42,332 bases of DNA. Origin: a candidate division TA06 bacterium JGI_Cruoil_03_38_101 (GTDB lineage: Bacteria; Hydrothermota; UBA3072). A model generated the notes under the pieces. It was not told the DNA's origin. It made no database searches and saw nothing but the letters and a program-made list of their open reading frames with translations. Made by a program: the position numbers and the translations under genes. Positions 27,987 to 36,404 of the stretch are shown here, in pieces. Where the stretch lies: assembly GCA_002215665.1 (NCBI GenBank), contig NGFL01000001.1, positions 81,264 to 123,595 of the forward strand. The letters are read 5' to 3'. Each line of letters starts with the position of its first letter. Position 1 is the stretch's first letter.

Positions 27987-29549
27987 ATGAACACGGTAAT
28001 GACAGTAGTTCTTTATATTTTAGTAGCAGCAATATTCTTTGTGATAGGTTACTTTACTCAAAAGATAAGAAGGAATAAAAAGATACTAACAGCAGAGAGT
28101 AAAGCTGAAAAGTTAATAAAGGAAGCTTTAAAGAAAAGTAAAGAGACCGAAGAGAAAACCCGTGAGAAGTTAGAACAACTAAAAAGAGAGCAAAGAAGAG
28201 GATTTATAGAGGAAACAAAGGCTCAAAAAAAGCACCTCGACTTATGGGAGAAGGAACTCGAAAGAAAAGATAAAGACCAAAAAAGAACCAAAGATTTTCT
28301 ATCTCAGAAAGAAAAGAACCTAATGGCCCGAGAAAAAGAAGTTCAGAAAGAAAAGGAAGAAGCGGCAATCAAGAGAAAAAGGTACACTCAACTAATCGAA
28401 GAAAAAAATAAAAGGCTTGAGGAGATATCCAGAATGACCCGTGATGAGGCGAAGGAATTACTCCTTAACGAAGTAAAAGAAGAAGTAGAGAATAAAGCAA
28501 TCCAGATTGAAAACGATACAATAGCCAAAGCAAAGAAAAAAGCCAAAAGAAAAGCGGCTTATATCATAACGGAAGCCATCCAGAGATGTGCTCCAGATAT
28601 TGTAATTGATTCTACTGTATCCTCTGTTTCCCTACCTTCTGAAAATATGAAAGGGCGAATAATAGGAAGGGAAGGAAGAAATATAAGAGCATTTGAAAAA
28701 GAAACAGGCATTGATGTTATCATTGATGATACACCTGAAGCAGTAACATTATCCGGTTTTGATCCGATAAAAAGAGAGATAGCAAGAGTCTCAATGGAAA
28801 AATTGATTAAAGATGGTCGTATCCATCCAGCTCGAATTGAAGAAATTGTCCAGAAGACGAAAGAAGAACTCGATGAAAGAATAACGGAAATAGGAGAGAA
28901 TGCAATCTTTGAACTCGGATTACCGAAAATTAACGATGAATTGGTGAAAATGATTGGGAAGTTAAACTTCAGATCGAGTTATGGGCAAAATGTTCTTCAA
29001 CATTCAAAGGAAGTAGCTTATCTAATGGGTGTTATGGCAGGAGAATTACAACTCGATATTGACCTTGCAAAGAGAGCCGGGATCCTTCATGATATTGGTA
29101 AGGGAATGAGCCAGGAATATTCAGGAAGTCATGCAGAGATAGGGGCAGATGCAGCCAGAAAATACGGAGAGTCTCCCATTGTTGTCAACGCAATTGCTGC
29201 TCATCATGAAGAGGTCCAACCTGAATCCCCAATTGCTGTCCTATTGCAGGCTGCTGACGCTATATCAGGAGCAAGACCAGGCGCAAGGAGAGAAACTCTG
29301 GAAGCTTACATTAGAAGGGTTGAAGAACTTGAAAAGATTGCATCTTCTTTTAAAGGGATAAAGAAAGTCTATGCAATGCAAGCGGGTCGGGAAGTAAGAA
29401 TCATAGTTCAACCAGAATCAATATCTGATAATGGAACGAGGGAATTGGCTACAAAAATAGCCCGAAAGATAGAGGGAAACCTTACGTATCCAGGAGAGAT
29501 ACGAGTCACGGTGATAAGGGAGACAAGGGCGGTTGAACATGCAGAGTAA
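27987..29549 (+). CDS. rny: Ribonuclease Y
   Basis: TM, coiled coil, KH (MKGRIIGREGRNIR), HD (LHDIGK). Confidence 0.97.
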   Translation: MNTVMTVVLYILVAAIFFVIGYFTQKIRRNKKILTAESKAEKLIKEALKKSKETEEKTREKLEQLKREQRRGFIEETKAQKKHLDLWEKELERKDKDQKRTKDFLSQKEKNLMAREKEVQKEKEEAAIKRKRYTQLIEEKNKRLEEISRMTRDEAKELLLNEVKEEVENKAIQIENDTIAKAKKKAKRKAAYIITEAIQRCAPDIVIDSTVSSVSLPSENMKGRIIGREGRNIRAFEKETGIDVIIDDTPEAVTLSGFDPIKREIARVSMEKLIKDGRIHPARIEEIVQKTKEELDERITEIGENAIFELGLPKINDELVKMIGKLNFRSSYGQNVLQHSKEVAYLMGVMAGELQLDIDLAKRAGILHDIGKGMSQEYSGSHAEIGADAARKYGESPIVVNAIAAHHEEVQPESPIAVLLQAADAISGARPGARRETLEAYIRRVEELEKIASSFKGIKKVYAMQAGREVRIIVQPESISDNGTRELATKIARKIEGNLTYPGEIRVTVIRETRAVEHAE

Positions 29550-29585
29550 ATTTTTTACAGTTTTTGTAGTTTAGGAGAAGATGTT

Positions 29586-30377
29586 TTGAAGGTACTTTTT
29601 ATAGGGGATGTTGTGGGTAAGCCAGGTATGAGGCTCCTTTCTAATCTGGTCCCAAAATTTAAAAAGGATGAGAAATACGATCTAATATGTGTCAACGGCG
29701 AGAATTCCGCCGGAGGATTTGGAATAACAAGAAAAGGAGCATTAAAACTAAAAAAATATGGGTGTGATGTGATTACAACTGGAAATCACATAATAGACAG
29801 AAAAGAAGAAATTGAGAGTGTTTTTAGATTGGAAGATGTTATACGACCTCTGAATTACGAATCCTTTTTTCCGGGAAAAGGTTGGACAATTATTAAAAAA
29901 AAAGAAAAGAAAATTGCGGTTGTGAACCTTCAGGGACAGGTTTTTATGCCAGAGGAACCTGCCACAAGAAATCCTTTCTCGGTAATAAAGGAAGAAATTA
30001 AAAGTATCCGCAAAATAACTCCAATAATAATTGTGGATATGCATGCGGAAGCAACCGCTGAGAAGATTGCAATGAGATATTTCTTAGATGGTAAAGTCTC
30101 ATCCATTATAGGAACTCACACCCATGTCCAAACTGCAGACGAAATGCTTACACAAAAAGGCACTGCATACATTACAGATGTTGGAATGACTGGTCCTTTT
30201 GATTCAGTAATTGGTATGAAGCCAGAGCCCATAATTAGAAAGTTCCTCGGCAATGAAGAGGAACAATTTAAACTCGCAAGGAAAAATGTAAGAATGAACG
30301 CTGTAGAAATTGAAATTGAAGATAAAACTGGCATGAGTAAATCTATAAAGAGAATTAATATTGCAGATACTACTTAA
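29586..30377 (+). CDS. ymdB: YmdB-family metallophosphoesterase
   Basis: GDVVG, NGENSAGG, TGNH, DMHAEATAEK, GTHTHVQTAD; follows rny. Confidence 0.93.
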   Translation: MKVLFIGDVVGKPGMRLLSNLVPKFKKDEKYDLICVNGENSAGGFGITRKGALKLKKYGCDVITTGNHIIDRKEEIESVFRLEDVIRPLNYESFFPGKGWTIIKKKEKKIAVVNLQGQVFMPEEPATRNPFSVIKEEIKSIRKITPIIIVDMHAEATAEKIAMRYFLDGKVSSIIGTHTHVQTADEMLTQKGTAYITDVGMTGPFDSVIGMKPEPIIRKFLGNEEEQFKLARKNVRMNAVEIEIEDKTGMSKSIKRINIADTT

Positions 30378-31179
30378 AGGAACAATAGTTGCAGATAAGA
30401 TCATCCAGAGACTAAAGGATTTTTCTCCGAAGCGTACTCTCGGGATAGTAAGAGTTGGATCTTATCCCGGGAGTTCTTCCTATCTAAAAGGGATAAAAAA
30501 AACTGCAAGTAAAGCAGAGGTCTCTTTGGAATTATTAGAGTTAGAAAAGAATGCACCAGAAGAAGAGATTAAAAACTCTGTAAGAGAAATGAAAGAATCC
30601 GGAAAAGTTGATGGAATACTTTTAATGGAACCCCTTCCAACTTGTGCACCAATTCAGGAATTAATAGAGATTGTAGGAAAGGATTTGGATGTTGAGGGAA
30701 TCCATCCATACAATCTTGGAAAAACCCTTTTAGGAGCTTCAGAGATAATAATATCAACGCCTAAAGCTGTTCTTGAATTAATGGATTTTTATAAAATAAA
30801 ACCCGAAGGGAAAAACACAGTTATCCTTGGAAGGAGCAATGTTGTTGGTAAACCCCTTGCCAATCTTCTCCTAAGGAAAAGCCAGTTTGGTAATGCTACT
30901 GTAACCGTATGCCATTCAAGGACAAAGGATTTAAAAAAAATAACAAAAAAAGCCGATATTCTTATAGTATCCATAGGAAAGCCTCAATTCGTAACAGAGG
31001 AATTCATCAAAGAGGGGGCAATTGTGATAGATGTTGGTATAAACGAAAAAGAAGGCAAAATTACAGGGGATGTTGATTTCGAGTCTGTAAAAGATAAATC
31101 TTACGCAATAACGCCTGTCCCAGGAGGGGTTGGAAGTATTACAACTGCAGCACTTCTTTCTAATCTCTATCAGTTATGA
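30361..31179 (+). CDS. folD: FolD-family methylene-THF dehydrogenase (cyclohydrolase residues altered)
   Basis: GRSNVVGKP, TVCHSRT, DVGIN, TPVPGGVG. Confidence 0.92.
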   Translation: MQILLKGTIVADKIIQRLKDFSPKRTLGIVRVGSYPGSSSYLKGIKKTASKAEVSLELLELEKNAPEEEIKNSVREMKESGKVDGILLMEPLPTCAPIQELIEIVGKDLDVEGIHPYNLGKTLLGASEIIISTPKAVLELMDFYKIKPEGKNTVILGRSNVVGKPLANLLLRKSQFGNATVTVCHSRTKDLKKITKKADILIVSIGKPQFVTEEFIKEGAIVIDVGINEKEGKITGDVDFESVKDKSYAITPVPGGVGSITTAALLSNLYQL

Positions 31180-32477
31180 TAGTCTATTCCGTATCTGAAA
31201 TAACTTCAATAATAAAGGAAAAAATAACACCTATTGGTTGGGTCTGGGTTCAAGGGGAAGTGAGTAATTTGCGGCCTCATTCCTCAGGCCATATATATTT
31301 TTCCCTGAAAGATGAAAACTCAATCCTCAAGGGTGTGATATTCAAGAACGATGCCCGTCATCTTGATTATAAATTAGAAGAAGGTAGGATTTTTCAAGTA
31401 TTCGGTAGAATAGATATTTGGGAGAAAGCGAGTCAATATCAGATTATTGGAGAGAAAGTCCTGCCAGGAGAGCTGGGAACTTTCTATCTTCGATTTGAAG
31501 AGATCAAGAAAAAATTGGAGAGAAAAGGATTCTTTGAAGAAAGATTTAAAAGGGAGATTCCAAAATTTCCTAAAAAGGTAGGTATTATTACATCCGCAGA
31601 AGGTGCTGCGATTAGAGATGTCCTCAAAATAATAAAAAAGCGCTTTCCCCCTATAACTGTAATTGTGAGACCAACGCTCGTGCAGGGCGATGGTTCTTCT
31701 ACCGATGTTATAAATGCGATCAGAGAATTTGAAGAATTTGGTGATGTAGACCTATTGATTATAACTCGGGGTGGTGGATCGATTGAAGACCTCTGGGCTT
31801 TCAATGAAGAGGAAGTTGCCGAAGAAATCTTCAATGCAAAAATTCCAATAATCTCTGCAATTGGGCATGAAAGAGATTTCTCTATATCAGACTTCGTTGC
31901 TGACCAGCGAGCGGCAACACCCACAGAAGCAGGGGGATTGGCCGTTCCATCAAGGGATGAAATAACGGTTAATTTAAATAATTTTAAAAGAGGTCTTGCT
32001 CGCTCGATTTACCAGAAAATGGAATTTTATAAGTCAAGTTTAGGAACCATTGAGAAGAGCTATGCCATTAGAAGACCGCTTTTTACCTTTGAGATGAAAC
32101 AACAGTATCTTGACCATCTTCAAGATTCGTTAATTAAGTCTGGAAGAAGAAGGGCTCAAATTCTCCAGGAACGATTAAGAAATCTCACTTTAAAATCACC
32201 TGATTTATCAACTAAATCTAACCAGGTCTCCAATCTGGAAAATAGATTAGAAAGTTCAATTAATCTGTTATTAAAAGAAAGAAAACAGAAAATTAAGTCC
32301 TTGGAGAGCACAATTCAAGCGACTTCTTACGAAAAGACACTTCGAAGGGGTTATTCAATCGTAAGAAAGGAAAAAGAGATAATAAGAGATTCACAAAAAT
32401 TAAAGAGAGGAGATCAACTCAATATTCGATTCTATCAAGGCAGTAGTAAAGCAATTGTTGAGGAAACTGAGCAGTAA
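31176..32477 (+). CDS. xseA: Exodeoxyribonuclease VII large subunit
   Basis: SGHIYFSLKD, RGGGSIEDLWAFN, GHERD, TPT, LRRGYS. Confidence 0.96.
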   Translation: MIVYSVSEITSIIKEKITPIGWVWVQGEVSNLRPHSSGHIYFSLKDENSILKGVIFKNDARHLDYKLEEGRIFQVFGRIDIWEKASQYQIIGEKVLPGELGTFYLRFEEIKKKLERKGFFEERFKREIPKFPKKVGIITSAEGAAIRDVLKIIKKRFPPITVIVRPTLVQGDGSSTDVINAIREFEEFGDVDLLIITRGGGSIEDLWAFNEEEVAEEIFNAKIPIISAIGHERDFSISDFVADQRAATPTEAGGLAVPSRDEITVNLNNFKRGLARSIYQKMEFYKSSLGTIEKSYAIRRPLFTFEMKQQYLDHLQDSLIKSGRRRAQILQERLRNLTLKSPDLSTKSNQVSNLENRLESSINLLLKERKQKIKSLESTIQATSYEKTLRRGYSIVRKEKEIIRDSQKLKRGDQLNIRFYQGSSKAIVEETEQ

Positions 32478-32503
32478 TTATTGTCTTTCAGGAAGTTAAT
32501 ACC

Positions 32504-32695
32504 TTATTTTTCCTTCAAAAGAAATATATGTCCCAGAAAAGCTATAAGAGCAGGCAAATTTCCGAGTAGACCCGCCCAAAACCATTTATTGGCAAACCAG
32601 CCTTTTTTCACTCCGAGATGTGTCTTTGATAGAAGATGACAGGAGATTGCACTTGAAAGGGCAAAGAGACTGACAAAATTTTCATAATAGTACAT
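32504..32695 (-). CDS. Small membrane protein (63 aa)
   Basis: AAGGAGG SD; two hydrophobic segments; WFWAGLLG. Confidence 0.7.
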   Translation of the reverse strand: MYYYENFVSLFALSSAISCHLLSKTHLGVKKGWFANKWFWAGLLGNLPALIAFLGHIFLLKEK

Positions 32696-32862
32696 GTTAA
32701 AACCTCCTTTTTTGTGTTAGAGTGAGAATATTATAATCCCCCTCTTATTTACTCAGTAATCCTGGTAATAAGTGTCTATATTCAATAGTAAATCCAGGAT
32801 TCATATTAAAATCATTTCTCTATTGATAACATTCTTCGTGCTATATCTTTACTCTCTTTTGG

Positions 32863-32890
32863 ATTATACAGGTTTTTCTTTTAATGTCAA
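32863..32890 (-). promoter_or_regulatory. Sigma-70-type promoter (member of the repeated accessory promoter family)
   Basis: TTGACA(32890-32885)-N16-TATAAT(32868-32863). Confidence 0.75.
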
Positions 32891-33067
32891 GAAATTTTTT
32901 CATTTAAGAAGAAACAACTTATAAAAGCCTGTAGAGCGTCTTTTCCGTTTTCTCATAATATTCCCCATCTTTTTTGATAAAGTCAATCCTCGCTTAAATT
33001 TACCTCAAATTAGGGGAAATCTGAATGATAATCGGATTAAAATAGGATAATATGCTTTTGTATATTT

Positions 33068-33280
33068 TCAGGTAGAATTACTTTCTATATGTGATACCAC
33101 TTCCATACCATTGTTGGTTAACTCTAACCTTTTCATCCCATAGAAACCTGCGATTACCCCATAAGCAAGATAATTACCCGGGTGTCCATGTAATTCACCT
33201 GCTTTCTTTGATAACCCTAATAGGTTTCCAGATTCGATCAATTCCTCAATTTCGAAATGGAATTTATTTTTTGTGTTTAT
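33068..33280 (-). pseudogene. FmdE-family N-terminal fragment
   Basis: Hand translation IEELIESGNLLGLSKKAGELHGHPGNYLAYGVIAG...NNGMEVVSHIESNST* resembles FmdE HGHxC...GV...E.NNC. Cys lost and gene truncated. Confidence 0.65.
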
Positions 33281-33291
33281 TTTAAGTTTCC

Positions 33292-34056
33292 TTATTGCAG
33301 AGTAAAGTCATAACCTTCCAAAATTGAATCAGCAACTACAACAACATCAGAATAAACAGTGTCAGATGTTGTGTAGCCTTCAGCGGAAGCAATAATTTTA
33401 TAAGTATCCCCGAGAAGTATTAGCACATATCCACCAGTGCTATCAGTGAGGGTGGACAGAGTATCAAGAGTCGAAGTTACACCCTCACAAAGAGCATTTG
33501 GTATACCTGCTCCCAGAGTATCTTCCACAGACCCCAATACAGCTCCAGAAAAAGCTTTCTCAAATACCCTGAATTCAGGATGAAGTAGATATTGATCCCC
33601 CGTCCATTCTATCGACTTTGACGCCTCGAAATCTACTACAATCTCAACAGTTTCATCTTTTGTTACATCAAACTCCTGAGCAAGTTTAACCCCTGTTTCT
33701 TCTTCATTCTGGATTATCAGGGGATAAGGTACGCCATCAATCACTATTCCATTGGTATCGGCAAACTCAAGCCATATATCGGTATAATGTCCTGCTTCAA
33801 GAGTTTTAACGCAAAGCAGTCCTGTTCCACCGTTAAAGAATCTCATGATATCCCAAGTATAAGCAGAGTTATCGAGAGTTATCCATTCACCTCCTGAACT
33901 GAGTGCTCTAATTTCATTAATCTTCAGATAGATGTTATCTAAATTACGAGGGGGTGGACTATCAATCCCTAAGATTACGATCCTTCCCTCCCCTTTGCCT
34001 AAGCCACAACCAACTATAAGACCAAGGATGATAAGAATTAGAATGACCCTTTTCAT
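33292..34056 (-). CDS. DUF4382-like lipoprotein with C-terminal carboxypeptidase-regulatory-like domain
   Basis: Lipobox IVGC; DSP, VVDFEASKS..Y.L.P; GSV.D..G..I.NA...TD..G.Y...G.Y...ASA.GY. ATG 34056 has a GGAGG SD. Confidence 0.75.
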   Translation of the reverse strand: MKRVILILIILGLIVGCGLGKGEGRIVILGIDSPPPRNLDNIYLKINEIRALSSGGEWITLDNSAYTWDIMRFFNGGTGLLCVKTLEAGHYTDIWLEFADTNGIVIDGVPYPLIIQNEEETGVKLAQEFDVTKDETVEIVVDFEASKSIEWTGDQYLLHPEFRVFEKAFSGAVLGSVEDTLGAGIPNALCEGVTSTLDTLSTLTDSTGGYVLILLGDTYKIIASAEGYTTSDTVYSDVVVVADSILEGYDFTLQ

Positions 34057-34131
34057 AGTATACCTCCATTTAATGTGAATTATTGACATACAATCTTCTT
34101 TTAAAGATAAAAAAGATTTATGTCTTATGAG

Positions 34132-34159
34132 ATATTACGAGATAATAAATAAAATGCAA
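34132..34159 (-). promoter_or_regulatory. Sigma-70-type promoter
   Basis: TTGCAT(34159-34154)-N16-TAATAT(34137-34132). Confidence 0.5.
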
Positions 34160-34229
34160 GCCTGGATGTACGACCTTTCTATCAAAGGACATGTTGGGTC
34201 TTGTGAATATAAGTTTTAGGCGAAGTCAA

Positions 34230-35126
34230 TTATATCTCTTCCTCTACTCCCTTGAAGAGGTCGCGAAAAGAAGAGTGGTGTCTATTCAAAAGCCAGACCG
34301 CTATCAACCCAAAGATGAAATTAGAGGTTCCACCCTCTAACAGGTGTGTCATTCGAACGGGCTCAGGCATATATGGATTTGGGAGCAACAACCCAGAGCT
34401 AACCACTGCAAAGAGAAGACCAACTACCAGAGCTGTTTCCCGGACTTTACCTTTCATCATGCGGATCACCGGAAGAGCCAGCGCAGCCCATAAAATTCCT
34501 CGTAGTAACTGGATGAGAATTAACCGCGGATTGGTTAGTAGCATGTTTCTAAAGTGTGGAAAGAACGCCAGCAGTTTTGTGCTGCCTTGATAAAATTCAC
34601 GAACTGCTGGATTTTGCCAGGCAATGAAATAGCCAAAGGTGAAATAAAGAATTATGTAAATTACCGCTGTAACACATAGTTTCCATGCCCATTCAACACC
34701 TGGCATAATGAGCCGCAGGTTCTTTTTTTTAGTTTCTTCTTTCTGTTTCATTTTACCCAGGATAATAACTGACAGAGGTGAAAAGATCAAAGCTGTAATA
34801 AGCCCCATGAGGAATATAGGACCAACATTAATCGAAGGAATAAAGATAAGAGTTTCTATTTGAGACATAAAAGTTTGTGTGCCAAAAAACATAATAAAAA
34901 CCACTGCGATAAGACGCAAGCCCCACCATTTTGAGCGTATGATTGCATAGCTCAAAACGGTTGTGTTCAAAATAACCATAATAATTAGTGGCAGCATTGA
35001 TGCACTTGTTTGTTCAGCAGTTGCTTGTTGCCCCATTACAACACCCCCTATACTGAAAGCTATAAACATGACAATATAGAGAGCAATAAATTTTAGTACA
35101 AGAAAAATAATTGATTTAGAATTCAT
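34230..35126 (-). CDS. Multi-pass membrane protein of unknown function (probable cassette gene)
   Basis: About 8 TM. AAGGAGG SD. Flanked by GTTTGGCAAAAT upstream and ACTTCGCCTAAA downstream, which are near-complementary cassette-like ends. Confidence 0.8.
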   Translation of the reverse strand: MNSKSIIFLVLKFIALYIVMFIAFSIGGVVMGQQATAEQTSASMLPLIIMVILNTTVLSYAIIRSKWWGLRLIAVVFIMFFGTQTFMSQIETLIFIPSINVGPIFLMGLITALIFSPLSVIILGKMKQKEETKKKNLRLIMPGVEWAWKLCVTAVIYIILYFTFGYFIAWQNPAVREFYQGSTKLLAFFPHFRNMLLTNPRLILIQLLRGILWAALALPVIRMMKGKVRETALVVGLLFAVVSSGLLLPNPYMPEPVRMTHLLEGGTSNFIFGLIAVWLLNRHHSSFRDLFKGVEEEI

Positions 35127-35187
35127 ATAATCCCTCCTTAATTATGTTTTTCCTTATTCATCTGATACCTCTTAGTTTTTTTATCCT

Positions 35188-35220
35188 ATTTTGCCAAACG
35201 TTTTTCGGACACAGGAAGTT
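35188..35220 (-). mobile_element. Degenerate attC-like right arm
   Basis: AACTTCCTGTGTCCGAAAAAC-GTTTGGC-AAAAT aligns with the copies at about 36.0, 37.4 and 41.4 kb. Confidence 0.5.
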
Positions 35221-35241
35221 GTAGAGGACAATTTGAAGATT

Positions 35242-35966
35242 CTAAAGTCTATAACCCAAACCTATCTTTAATGATACTCCCCCAATGTTAAGACCCCTGA
35301 ATTCAGTCTCTACATTATCACCAACATCTTTTATTTTCCAATTTCCTTCTATAAAGCTATACCTCAACTCGCAATTAAGAAATATATCATAGTATATAAG
35401 AGAATTGAACCCACTTAAGAAATGAACACCTATAGGGTTAAGAGAGCCTTTTAACCAGGTTGAGGTTGTAATAAGAAATGGACTAACTATCGATTGCACA
35501 TGTTTTTCTTCCCACTTAGATATATAGACTCCTATTCCTACACCAAGATAAGGAATAGTTTTTGAATTAGGTATAGATATTTTATAGATAGAGCTTAAGG
35601 TTATGGGGAAAATATTTAAACGGTTTTTATAACTCTCGTTCCCTAATGCATAAGTTACATCAAGTTTATTACTTCGTAGCAGCCTGGGGCCTGATTCCAA
35701 CATCAACCCCCAATTAGAAAAATAATAACAGCCATAGAGATTTAAATCAACACCGGTCCCAAAACCTGAGACACTACCACCTGTTTGGATCCCTTCTGAA
35801 TCATAATATATTGTTTTGAACCTTTAACCTGTTCGTCTTGGGGGTTGAAAGCGCCAATCCGCATTCCTACTGTAAAGGACTTCTCTTGAGCAAGAACCTC
35901 TTGGACAAAAAGGGTACACAGAAAGAAACCGATTACAATGATAAAGGTGGCCATTTTTTTTGCCAT
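35242..35966 (-). pseudogene. Frameshifted outer-membrane beta-barrel protein
   Basis: The signal-peptide ORF 35966-35742 and the barrel ORF 35706-35242 (PYLGVGIG...SLKIGLGYRL) join with one added base near 35814-35825, giving about 241 aa. Confidence 0.8.
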
Positions 35967-36005
35967 TTTTACCTCCTTTTACTTGGTTTAAAGACACCTT
36001 GCAAA

Positions 36006-36037
36006 ATTGGGCTAAAGTTTTTCGGATAAAAGAAGTT
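36006..36037 (-). mobile_element. Degenerate attC-like right arm
   Basis: AACTTCTTTTATCCGAAAAAC-TTTAGCC-CAAT. Confidence 0.5.
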
Positions 36038-36054
36038 TGCCGATAGATGAATTT

Positions 36055-36145
36055 TCTCTTGTAAATATCCAACCTTGAAAATTTTCATCACAATTCAACC
36101 AACATATTTTTAGTATAGGGATTTTTCTCTTAATGTCAAGAAATT
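36055..36145 (-). repeat. Promoter plus leader module, copy B
   Basis: TTGACA(36139-36134)-N16-TATACT(36117-36112)-N6-ATG(36105). The leader matches copy A (40346) at 37 of 51 aligned positions. Confidence 0.7.
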
Positions 36146-36267
36146 CGCACTCTTCTTAAAAAGGGCATATTATCCCTGGAAATTGTTGCTTTGTAAACGG
36201 AAAAGCCGTTGATAACTGTTGGATCGCTTAGTCCTTCAGCAATTATACTACCTTTCCAGTCCTTCAT
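36136..36267 (-). pseudogene. Probable truncated cassette gene (43 codons)
   Basis: Begins just after the attC R' core: MKDWKGSIIAEGLSDPTVINGFSVYKATIS..., cut off by the promoter module. Confidence 0.45.
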
Positions 36268-36296
36268 CTTCCATTACCACCCCTTAAGACCATAGC

Positions 36297-36391
36297 GTTT
36301 AACATTCCCAGGCTTTGCAACGTTGCAACCAAAGGGAGCAATGTCTCGAAGGGCAAGGGCGATAGCCCGCAGCGTATACGCTGTGTTAGAT
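36297..36391 (-). mobile_element. attC-like integron recombination site (best preserved)
   Basis: 13 nt after the PRMT stop: R'' ATCTAAC (RYYYAAC) ... internal imperfect inverted repeats ... R' GTTAAAC (GTTRRRY); 95 bp. Confidence 0.75.
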
Positions 36392-36404
36392 GAAGTTGAG
36401 GCCA

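Noticed and set aside
590-31924. Numerous short antisense or nested ORFs in the track
   Set aside because: They are shadow frames of well-supported genes, with no independent signals.
33150-33220. Roughly 20-bp phased ATTACCC-like repeats as operator sites
   Set aside because: They are explained by Gly-containing codons of the FmdE-like relic on the minus strand.
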